Source: Trichoplax adhaerens
Lineage: Eukaryota; Animalia; Placozoa
DNA length: 64,000 nucleotides
Direction of reading: 5' to 3'
Assembly (NCBI RefSeq): GCF_000150275.1
Contig: NW_002060948.1
Coordinates: 3,361,183 to 3,425,182, forward strand
Positions within the stretch are counted from its first letter, which is position 1. The number at the start of each line of letters is the position of its first letter. The position numbers and the translations under genes were made by a program. Below the pieces are notes generated by a model. That model was not told where the DNA came from. It ran no database searches and was given only the letters and a program-made list of their open reading frames with translations. This document shows, in pieces, positions 41,749-53,569 of the stretch.

Positions 41749-42813
41749 TAGTATATCTCGACCAAGTTGGCGATAATAGTGATCGGCCAAGGCATGGATG
41801 GTTAGCGGAAAAATGAACGAACCAATATTAATGTTGTGTCGTGTGATGGCAATGTGGACTGTCTTGTTGTGGCCAAAATCGATCACACTGGGGCCTACAA
41901 TGACTTTGGATTATACCTGATCCTTTCGTCTAGTCCACGCGTTATCCAAAGGCATCCAACTCTTCTACTTGAACTCTTTCCTACTAATAATCCTTGCTGC
42001 AATGATGAAAAGCGATCGATTGGACGCTATTGCATCACCAATGGCGAGCAGAAGTAGTGTTGAGAATTGTCATGCTACAGTATGTCCCCCGATCGTCTTT
42101 TGGAGGCGATTTTCTAGTCCAACCACAGGCCAGGCTGGTACCAGTCTGATGCCTGTCAGTCAGGTTAGCGTTGGACACGAGACAGTACAGTAGACGGACG
42201 CATTGTACGCTGGAGTACTGTGGACTGTACACTGTAGAGGGCTACAGTGTACAGTACTGGGCTGGACATTGCCAGTACTGTAGCAGTGTCACTCTCCGTG
42301 CCTGCCAGTCCTGGTACCGGTACTGGTCTTGCTTGGACATGGACTCGACTCTCGTCTTGAAACGTTTGTTGGACTTGTTGAAAAGGCCAGCGAACCAAGA
42401 GTACAGTACTAGAAAGAGTGTATTCAATCCTCGATATGCACTGTACTGGAAGACGATTGGACGCTGTTACCCTACTACTGTACTGTCAACAACAATGAAA
42501 TAGAGTCCGTCTGTCAGGTCTGCTGAGTGAGTAGTTGGTGCCACTGAGTCACCTTTCTTTCAACACAGCAATACAGTGTACGGTACTCACATGACAAGTT
42601 CTCGTACTGTACACTGTACACTGTACAGTAAAAGAGAATACTGTATACGAGAATAGCAAAAGTTGCTTGAATCATTGCTTACCCCCCTCAACTGAGATAT
42701 TGACAATGACACACCGATCATGTTGAAAACATGATGTCAATTGACATACTTTTAGGCGTTTTAGCACTCGCGCAAGACCAATTGACGCAACGTCCAACTC
42801 CATTGTACTATAC

Positions 42814-42885
42814 TGTACAGTACATTGTACAGTACATTGTACAGTACATTGTACAGTACTGTACTGTACTGGACTGTACTGTACA
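42814..42885. repeat. 12-bp tandem (TGTACAGTACAT x ~4) followed by inverted GTACTGTACA-like units
   Basis: Read directly. TGTACAGTAC and GTACTGTACA are reverse complements, giving an imperfect palindrome centred near 42857. Confidence 0.9.
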
Positions 42886-43104
42886 ATGTGCTGCACAATC
42901 GACGTCAACCGAAATCCCTCTCACCACAGCAACTGTAGTGCTTCCATTCAATGAAAATTGTCCCAACGTCTTATCCATGTACCATGGATTCGTCCATTTC
43001 CCCATAGGGGTCCGATATCAGCACACCAGCTCTTCATTCTTCATCATTGATTTCACCCTGGTAGTAGACTGTAACATACTGCTCCAAACCAACTTGGCAA
43101 CATA

Positions 43105-43215
43105 CAGTATTCGCACATCATTTCCATGGCAATCGTCGACCGTCAGCTCACCAGTCACCAGCGCTTCATTCTTCATCAGTATTCGCTCATCATTTCCATG
43201 GCAATCGTCGACCGT
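43105..43215. repeat. 39-bp direct repeat x2 with 72-bp period
   Basis: cagtattcgc(a/t)catcatttccatggcaatcgtcgaccgt at 43105 and 43177; caccagc(t/g)cttcattcttcatca also occurs at ~43025 and ~43156. Confidence 0.9.
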
Positions 43216-43959
43216 ACAGTCCGTCAGGCCTATCTGTAGGTGTACCTGACCACTGGCTACACGCGTCGATACTGGTAGACTGCCGTACACAGAAATAGTG
43301 TTGTTAATTTACTATTAGTAACTACCAAACAAGGATAACCAATCATTCACAAACTTCATCATCATTCTCAAAATGAATTACAATCAATCAATCAATTGAA
43401 TTGATCGAATATCAATACTCACTCCTGTATTGATATATGCATACATTATGGATTGATTGGTTTCTGTCATGAATCGACATTAAAATAGAAAATGAAACTA
43501 CAGTATCTACTATGATGATCAAGCTTTCAATCAAATTTGACTTTGAAACAAACTGTATTGAAAATAAACAACATGCAATCAATTTGAACTCAAGGCATCC
43601 ATTCTTTCCCAATCATCATACTGTACATTGTACAATTGTGATGCATAGCATAACAGCACTACTGACAACCTTAACATTTGTATGTCAGAGATGACAAGAT
43701 AATATTCACGCAGCTTGCTACACTCAAGAATTGACTTTGGAAATGTAACCTATTTGACAATACAATCACTGAGCTAAGGTAACTAAGGTCCATGAAGTCA
43801 TCGATCAAGTGGTATACGATAAAAACTGGACAATAACCAATAGATCGCTAGGCGAGGAGAAAGCAATTTCTTGCAATAACGCTATCTTTCGGTACAGCTG
43901 ACATCAACACACCGATACCCATTCAAATAATGCTTTGAACTATTTTTGAGGCTGACATA

Positions 43960-44195
43960 ATATCCTTTCTTTCTCATGCTGACTATATCAAGGACAATAA
44001 CAATATAATATTTCTCTCAACAAATAAAGGTATACGCGTACTTTAGTGCCATGGGAAAATGGATCCAATCGCTTTTTTTACCGATATCCAATCCTTTCTT
44101 TCTCATGACCGACTGTAATCAAGAATAACTACTGTATACAATACTTACAATAACGGTATAGTGCACAATACTTCTTCCCATAAATAAAGATATGC
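43960..44195. repeat. Diverged short tandem duplication (~130 bp x 2)
   Basis: atcctttctt(t)tctcatg..gact.ta(a)tcaag...aaataaag.tat occurs twice. Confidence 0.65.
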
Positions 44196-47100
44196 TTCAG
44201 CACAGCGGAACTAAATACAGTGCACCGGTAATATTACAAAATTGATTGAAGCATTTGTTATGAATACAATATCGCTTCTTTCTTATTGTTGACAGTAAAA
44301 AAAATGAAAAGCAAAATAGAAAATGTAATTTATAAACGCATCATCACAACGCTCTTCAATAGTATGATGAGACGACTACCAATAATTTAAAAATTATTAT
44401 ACCCATTTCTAACGGAATGCCTTCTTTCAAACAATTCAGTAAGACTGCAATCCTTTCTTTGCATAGCATTAGAAGTGGCGAGTAAAAGTATCAATAATGT
44501 TGTTCAGGAAGAAATTGAATCGATACGCCGATCATTTAATTATATACGAGGATATACAATTTTTTCTTAGATTCGTATCATAATTCTCATATTAAATTGA
44601 TATGAATGAAATCCAATCATGCAGGTGAAATAATACCGATATAGTGGAAAGGCGACATTCATAGTAATATAAACAATTGGTTGAAGTGAGTAATAATATG
44701 ATGGGCATCTTAATAATAAATCTACTAAAGCATCATTTATCATTCTAGTTGCAAAAATAAACTATTTTCATGAAAGATACTTCAATCACACCTAGTACAG
44801 CCAAATATGCACCATGTATTCAAGAATAACACACCTATTTTTAATGAATTATTTACGGTTCTTAGAGTACGCTACCCTTGATGCTGTTGTTCATCCTATC
44901 ATTACCAGTAAGACATATGTGTACGGTGAAAATGAATCGTGCAGCTGTACTGGATTAGTTTAGAATATCGTTATAGAATACTTTTTGAGCTATATTTACG
45001 GGAACGATGACAAGTTTACATACGGAGAGTCGTCGCCTTTATGACCAAATTTATGCCAACTAATTTTCTATGCTTAATGAATGCACGGCATATAGATGAA
45101 TTCAAAGTCTTGTCATATCTGTAATGATGAAATATAATTTTCTACCATTTTATGATATGAATTTGTCTACTATAGAGTATGATATCCTTTATAAATGTGT
45201 CGCAATATGTGAAAGTTCAATATGTAAATGTAAGTAAGATGCAGTTACTTGAAGGAAAATAAAAAAAAGCATTGGCCTTCCGGCCTTGGTATTTTCTAAA
45301 TGCTATGGGTGTTTTAATAAAACGATGTTTCTGTATTAGCGGAGCAAAGTTCACACCTGTCGTATTCCGCATGTCTAACCTTAAAAGTAGATTTAAAGTT
45401 GGAATTGAATAATTCTCTTATTTGCCTATTTCGTCTGGATATATATGAAAGTGAAATTTATAATTTTATCAATCGGATCGATCAGTCAATATCTAAAAAA
45501 TGTAAATTAAAATATTGGATTAGCTGCAATGATACGTATTATGTATTAAGTGACAAGCCCTGTCGAGTCTCACGCGAATCCCCAATGAATAGGCAAAATT
45601 ATTTTTTTCTTTATTTTTATGTCAGCTCTTTCTAGATATCTTATTAACTTTATATAATATATACATATATACACATTTATACTGCTAAGAGCTCTGTGAT
45701 ATTACAGCATCTATATATAGTAGCCAAATAATTTGAATACATCTATACGAGCATATCTAAATTATAATCAAAATTTTACACTGCTGTAAACTGATTAATA
45801 ATGACTGTGTATATTAGCAAAATTAATATTTTTCTTGACATATCTGAAAGATTGCTACCCGAAAAAGGTCAAAATAGAATATCCCACAGGCACTCATGAT
45901 TATCATGCAATCACAAATACTATCGTGGTATAAAACAACGTAAATATTAATCTACTTCGGATATACTTTCCGATAATTAGTAAGAAACTACCGTATCATG
46001 GGAAAAGATACCATTTTTCCGTAGTACTGTACTATATAGTACTTGCAAAAGTATCCGCCCAATGCGGTATTTGTACAAGTCAAAAAGTTCCAAAATTGTA
46101 TCTTAATGAGTGCTTCAATTTCTCAACATCACTAGATACGAGTATCAAATAAATAAAACAACATGCGATTGATTAATTTATTTTTGTAATGCGAAGTGAT
46201 ATATGTCATAAGATTCTACCTGTACTGTACTTAAGTCTACGATTTTTTAAATAAATACTACACTCTATAGTATACAATACTTTTTCTGAATACGTTAGAA
46301 TACTGTTCACGAGCAAAAGTTCGCTTTTTATATACCGAAGAGATACATCAATCACAGCATCATTATTATTCCATATCTTATATATTCCCTGCTTACATAG
46401 ATTATCTTGCAGCATGGTATACTGATCTGAGAATAAGAATCACTAGGGATAATGTAAGGTTAACGTATACATTAAAAGACAATTACATTTAAGCTAATTG
46501 TATTCGATTTAGTTATAATTCTACTATCCGTAGGAATAAATACTGTAATATCAATAGTAATGTGATTAGTAACTATCTTAATTAAATGAGTGAGGAATAT
46601 GGAAATCAAGTTATTGCCTAGATGCCTTAAATACTAGGCTGATTTCAAATTTTTACCCTGCACTGTCAATTCATTGATAATGAGTATAGTTTCGCCTATT
46701 TATGGAATTCTAGTGCACGAGCATATGCGTACTACTGATCGTATACCTAGATTAACGTTGATCAGATCCAAGATTATGGTGGTTTAGTCAGATTATGAGC
46801 ATATTCAATGGTATAAAATTTTGTTCAAAATAAGGATATAATAATATCTTAATAGATACCCTGTGAGCAATAGAGAATGGAAAAGAGAGATGCGTAATAA
46901 CCAGCTTAAGTTATAGCCTGAATGTTAGAAGTACCTTTCCGATCTATGTTAAGCTAACGTCAGTGCCATAGAATTCAGTTCAGAATAAAGATACTACTGT
47001 ATAATATCACAAACAAACTCCGTGAACGATAGAGTACCAACAAATGTGATAAAATACAAAGCATGGGTATACCGTTTAACATAAAGATTACTTTAGCTAG

Positions 47101-48089
47101 TTACAAATTTCAACGCGCCATTTCTTAAATCTTTAAAATCAGAAATTACCCATATTGCTATTAACTAATAACTATCTATCGCTACACAGTTACTTTTAAA
47201 ATTCAACTGAACTTTGATATCATTATCAAATCTACTATATTATAGACTGGATTAAAAAATTAATTTTAAAATTAGTAATTTCCCAACAGCTTCACGGTAT
47301 AGTGTACATTAGTGGCAGCCTCCTGATATAATTTTAGAAGGAATTCTATTTACTAAAAAGTCTACTGTACTATTGAAAAATACCCTAAAAATAAAATAAA
47401 GTAGAATAAAGTATTGCAGTAGAAAGAAATATAATATGGATTGTTACAGTAACAAAACAATCCTCGTAAATTACAGATTTCCAACATATAATTTCTTAAG
47501 CAGTTAAAGTCTGAATTTATGTTATGATCTACCATTGAATATTTAAATGCAGTATCTGCAGATTGAAAATTTTGAATCCAATTGAAATTAATTTTTTAAA
47601 TTTTAATTTCAGAATGTATACTGTGTAGATACCGTCAGACATTTTGGTTTATAATAAAATACGTTCAGATTACAAACCGCGAATTTTAGAAATATTTAGA
47701 TAGTGATTACTCAAGAATGACTAGTGTATTCGTATACGCGTATTCGATAATAGTATATATTATTGTAGGCATAATTATTATATCAATGCTGTTAACTCAC
47801 AATCAACTGCAATGATACTCCGACATGTGCAAGCATTCAAGTATGGTACTATCCATGAGGACAAACGAAGATCAGCCAGTATTTGATCAATATTAACGCG
47901 AGGTAGTTTCAATATATTTCATTTATGGTGCTTTTTAAAATCGGCAACTTTATTAAAATCTTGCGTAATATTATAAAGATCATTGGTAAACTACTGATAA
48001 TAACCGCAATAACAATTATTCCACTTAAAAGCTACCAGTCTACATTTAATTCTACAATTATCTTAATCCTTGTAATTAAAAAAGGTATA

Positions 48090-48116
48090 ATTATTATTAT
48101 TATTATTATTATTATT
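48090..48116. repeat. (ATT)9 microsatellite in the presumed 3' UTR of oxygenase 1
   Basis: attattattattattattattattatt. Confidence 0.9.
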
Positions 48117-48186
48117 AAGAATTGGGTTAATGTTATTGGAATATTAAAAGTAATTTAGTTTTTGATGCCGTTGCTATTCTGGAATA

Positions 48187-50398
48187 TTATAAATTGCGTA
48201 TAATTTTATCTGACGTCTTTACGTGCATTGAAGCTAATCGATCCACAAAATTTTTTAAGGGCTCGCGTAACTTTTCTCCTTTTCCATCGGCGGATTTGAT
48301 GTTGGAAACTATCGTATCAAATTCCTTCATTACATATTTACTTGCTCCTTCATTTTCTTCGAATTCATAAGCATGTGTGTAGATGCGTGCTGAAATAGAA
48401 AATAATATTTTTGAGTTACTTCAATTACAAAAAAATCTAGCTATCATAACTTGATACTCATGGGTAGGTAAAAGTATAAAGCGACTGTAATTGTACTCTA
48501 AGATTTTGATAGCAAAATTAGAATAGTTTCAATTCATCTTGTGCTTTTTAATGTATAACCTTAACAATTTCCAAATAAGCACCGTAAGTCAAATATCAAT
48601 TTTCGTTACTTAAACTAAAAAATTGGATAATCATTAATTATATCTTACTTGGATCCATTTCTTCGCGGTCTTGCTCCATTCCTTCACCTTCACCTTCTTG
48701 TCCTTCATAACCCTCTTCACCTTCGCCTTCTGGACCTCGTTCACCTTTATATCCTGGTGGTGGTCCTTCTTCTTCTTCTTCGTTTCCTTGTGCTTGTTCT
48801 AACTCAGGTTCCATTTCATCGGTAGTTAATCTATTGATCAGTGACTTTTCATATCGAGTTCTACCTCGCATCCGGATAGCTTCTTTAGCTGATTGCAAAG
48901 TGCCATCAATTAATCCTTTGTATAAGCGGAAATCTTCCATAAAACGATTAACACGAGCTTGATGTTCAGTATTGGCCATCTTGACTGCAAACGAGTATCG
49001 AATGCCTTTGAAATCATGCGCGGGTGGTCTTGCAGAATGTGGTATGGTACCTTGAAAGATCACAACTCGGCCATATCGAGGTCGAACTTCAGTTACAAAT
49101 TCGCTAATATCGGAATTATTAGTCGTGTAAGCAGTTTCACCTCCATAGGAACTTTTCCAGCCAGGATTTAAGTAGAGTAAAAATGTCCATTCATCAGCAA
49201 CATCCGCACAATCTGTATGGATTTGAGTGTGATCAGCACTTCGTATCATATTGCATGCTACATCGTAGGGGTACCATTGATCTTTTCCACTAACATAAGC
49301 AGCAACTTGTTTTTGAATTTGCCAAAAGTAACTCTTGGTATAGGAATCAATATTAAAGCCAGCAATCCATTGAACATTATCAGTACCACTATCGACGGAA
49401 TCATCGTAGTAAAATCGTGCATTCTTGATCGATTGGCGTAATTCTTCCAATTCTTCATTCTTGAAAAGACCGTCAAAGACGAAAATTTTCTTACCGTCGG
49501 GAGTTTCAACTTTTTTAGTCTGATATTTACTGATGTCCAATTTAGGTGCTTCTTTACTCTTATGAGCGGTTACAAAATCAGCGTTACGTGCAGCATTTCT
49601 CTTGGAGTATTTGAGTTTCCATTGATCATGAAATTCCTTCACCTTCTCTTCAGATTTTGTCAATTTAATAGTTAAGAACATTTGACCAAATTTATAATCA
49701 ATAGATGGTGGTTTATGTATGTAAGGGATAGATGCATCAAAGATAATACAACGCGCTAATCGTGGATGGATAGCAGCAGCAACTTCTTCGTCTTGATCAT
49801 AGAATAAGATGTCGCCATAATCATTTTTCTTCCATTTACTTACTAACTGGATAACCATGGTAATGTCTTTCTCTTCCGGAGATGCATCAGTTGAGATAAG
49901 TGGTATATCACCGCGTCGTACCAGTTTAAATGCTGCTTCATAGAAATGATATTTACTTTCAGAAGCATTAAGAAAATGATTAACACCGGCCAAAAGTCTT
50001 TGTCCAACACTTGTTTTCTCAAGTTTAGCAAAATTAATCCTTGTTTTCCATGTTATATGATCTTTGTCTACGGTCTCTGCCTTGATACCATCATTAGGAT
50101 CTTTCAATGTATGTTCCCACTGGCCAAGAGAAACAACATACAAGCGTAGCAGGTAGATATCACTGGGTCTAAGGAAATCATCGTAAACCGAAATTTTCTC
50201 ATCGCTAAGGGTACGAAATGTTTTAGTTAAATGGGCATCGAAGTCAAAATTGCCTGCTGCCGAATATTTAGTATGAGGTTTTTCCTTAGAATGAGATTTT
50301 TTCTTTTGATGATCATATTTCTTCCCTACTACACTATCTTGCCAAAGGGCAAAAACTAGGACGATAGCAACAAGTGATACCGACTTGTGATACCTCAT
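48187..50398 (-). CDS. Secretory tandem-domain Fe(II)/2-oxoglutarate dioxygenase (prolyl-hydroxylase-like fold), paralogue 1, ~650 aa, 2 exons (48649-50398, 48187-48389)
   Basis: Signal peptide MRYHKSVSLVAIVLVFALWQDSVVG. The C-domain has IHTD..WTFLLYLNPGW..YGGET..PRYGRVVIFQGTIPHSARPP..RYSFAVK (HxD..H..RxS); the homologous N-domain has degenerate ligands. A phase-1 intron (GTAAG...TTTCAG) is followed by exon 2 TRIYTHAYEF...IIRNL*. Confidence 0.88.
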
Positions 50399-53300
50399 TC
50401 TTAGTTTTGCAAAAACTGGCTAGTTAATGATATTGATTCAATTTACGGAAATAGATGAGATTAAGGTAGAAAAAGATGAAATTTTTACCAGGAATAGGAA
50501 AGACAGAAAAGAAAGGATTGGCAGTCCCAAGTCGATGACTGTCAAGATTGAAGTCAGTTGAATTAGGAAAATAACCCTTATTCAATAGTAAAATCGCTGC
50601 TCTAAACAAAGATCGCAAGCAACCGCTAGTCACGATCAGTTTTCTATGTATTTAAACTAGCGTTAACATGGGCAGTTCCCAGTGTCATCATTGTTGTAAC
50701 TCCCTCAACAGTCAAGATTTCATTATAATAACTATTTAAGAACGTCGGAGAAATCAATAGACATTTATTTGTATTTGTTCTTGATAATGGAATTTCTCAG
50801 TTATTGTTATGCACAGTCGATAATAGTTTTCAACTCGTCACGTCCACCATCGACTACAGATGAATAATGAATAAATTGAAAGGATATACACTAAAAAAAC
50901 GTTTTACTCCATTAATCCTTATTTCCACGATTAAAATTAGAGATCAATCCGGCTAATATGAGCCTTCAATGGCTAACCAGTTATCCTCTACAATCTATTT
51001 TAGAGACGCTATCCTTGTCGTTACATTGTATGTGCTATCAATCTGAGCAGACTCTTAATCATTATGACAAGAGGTGGAAAATTTTATAAGCAGTAATTTT
51101 CTTTACTAATTCATTCAGTAAAATTGGCGTTACTACGTCAGTAGACGATAGATACATGGCGAAACTGACTTCAAAGAATGCTCACATTCACGGAAACAAA
51201 AACAATCTCTAATGTATTATTTATTCTTTAACAAACATATTCAATTAGTCCATTGCGACTATATTCGATTATGAATGAATGATAGAATTGTATAATAGAT
51301 CAAAAGAGATAATTAGTTACTTTCTACGTAATTCGTCCTGCCAATTTTACCATCATACACATTAAATGAAGACAATCTACGCGTATGAAAATGGTAGAGT
51401 ACGCGTACATCTATACTCTTAATCATGGGTAGCAGTAGGTAGGTTAATATGGAACAAGATATTTAAAGAAAAGCCCTATTTCTTAACCCCTAAATTATTC
51501 CTAACCCTAAACCTTTCTTGAAAAAAAACTTACTATGACAAGAATGGCGATGAATTATTCCAGTCAACACAACCTATAAATACTGTAGTCCTCTTATGGA
51601 ATATCAAGTTGTTATTCATATATTGAATTTCCCTTTCCTGTAATTCAACTATGTTATTAAATTGACTAGTCATTGCTTCTACATGCTAGGCGATAATTTC
51701 TCATTCTGCGTCTGTCTGAATAATAATCTGTATGATAGAATTGGGAATGTAGAATAAAAATAATATTGATTCCATTCAGCTGGCATTGAATTTTCATTCT
51801 ACGCCCCAAGGCATTACGGTGCTTCATATTAACTTCTATCGGAAATTGGGATTGCCATATAGAAATGGACAGAGACCTGTTAAGTAGGTTAATAACAAAA
51901 TAAAAATACATAATAAGTAATGGATTGTTATTTTACCAACAGGGGTTTTAGCTATTGTACCACAGCAGTAATGATTTGATATTCTTCTGCTATTATTTGC
52001 AATAGTGAACCGCCTGACTTGTACTCAGGTGTATATCAGTAAGTCCCGGTAGTATTTTGCCAGTTAAGAATTAATAAGACTTATTAAAGCATGATGCGAT
52101 ATCAGAAAATTCATCATTACCAACTCACTTCCTGCCTTGCGTTGCATAGACGTTAATTTAGGAAACTTCTGTTATGACAATTGCATAATTTGAATGTTTA
52201 GGAGTGTTTGCATTTATTATCTATTAATCCCTATCAAGTAAGTGAAAATATTGCATACTCTGCTGCCCATTCAAGGTATAAATGAATGAAAATCGATTGA
52301 TCTATTACCAGCAATAATAAAGATGAGCCAAAATTATTATTAGTAACGTTTGGCTACCGAGTGTTTATGGAGTCAAGAGGCACCTAGGCAGAATCAATTT
52401 TTGAATAAGATAAATACTCATGTTGCGATGCTTTGTAGCTGCATGCTATATGACTAAAATGGGGTTCAATTTAATCGAAAGGCAGTCAAAATAGTTTACT
52501 GAGATTAATTTTAGTAGTCTAAATTAATGATTTACGCCAAATTTGACGTTAGTTTCTTTGCTGTAGACGTTCATTATTCCATGCAATCTGTTTGGATAGA
52601 TTCGTTCTCAGTCTTCCGGTAATGAAAGCGACTGCAATTAGTTCGCCATAATTTAGCAGATTACAGCAGTTAGTACTGTGTCTATACGTTCATAACTTTG
52701 AAATAACTTTTAAAAATATAAGCCTTGCAATATCAATAGCATAGCTTGCCACTAATTGAATGATCAAATCATGCAAAACATGACTATTGAAGGTAGACTA
52801 ATTACTGCTGAGATTCTTATACATCTTACTTACTCTTTCACTAGTTTTATATGGATCTCCGATAGCAAAGCATTAACTGGATTACTAGCAACCTTTAGCG
52901 AGTCTTGCTCTAGCTTGTAATTTGATTAAATGTCCATTTTGATTTTTAGTAGTATATGTAAAGCAATACTTTGACTACTAGTTGTCTTTACTCTGTCCTG
53001 CCTTAAACTTATATTTAGCATCTGAGCATCCACTGAAATAAACATTTGATATCTCTAACATTAACGACTGAAATGAAATGGTAGCAGCATGATGGCTAAG
53101 ACAAATATCGTAACTATTGATCACCATACCTCTTTCATATCAATATATATTTGCTTATTAGCACCTAAGATCATGAAATGATATCGTTGCTACATGAATT
53201 TAAAACGATATACTCACATGATTTAAGATTTTAATATTAAAATTACAGGAAAAAAAGGAGTTACGGATACACGAAAATTTAAATTATATCTATTTATAAC

Positions 53301-53569
53301 TAAATCACACTACTGCCTCAAATAATTTAAGAATTAATATCAACTAAGAGAAATTATCCATCACAGACATAAAAAATAGAGTTATTTAATACGATGCCCA
53401 TTAAATATTAATTCAAAACGTAACGATGGCCATAATAGGTAGAAATATTAACATATAAGTGACATGGTACAATCCAAATCAAAATATATTAAATACGAGT
53501 TAATTATGACTATATCAGTAGGCAGTTTGTGAATGAAATAAGGATTTATACAACTGCCCATATGTCCGA

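Noticed and set aside
41836-43290. Many overlapping short ORFs (e.g. VQYIVQYI and TVDDCHGND repeats)
   Set aside because: They are explained by higher GC and simple repeats; there is no coherent splice structure or domain.
44200-47900. Possible further decayed coding sequence between SLC9B and the oxygenase cluster
   Set aside because: Only scattered short hydrophobic frames with no consistent motif I could support.
48959-50149. Antisense and alternate-frame ORFs overlapping oxygenase 1 (likewise 3556-3756, 35648-35854, 36756-36989, 41171-41464, 53515-53727, 56550-56738)
   Set aside because: These are shadow ORFs of real coding exons.
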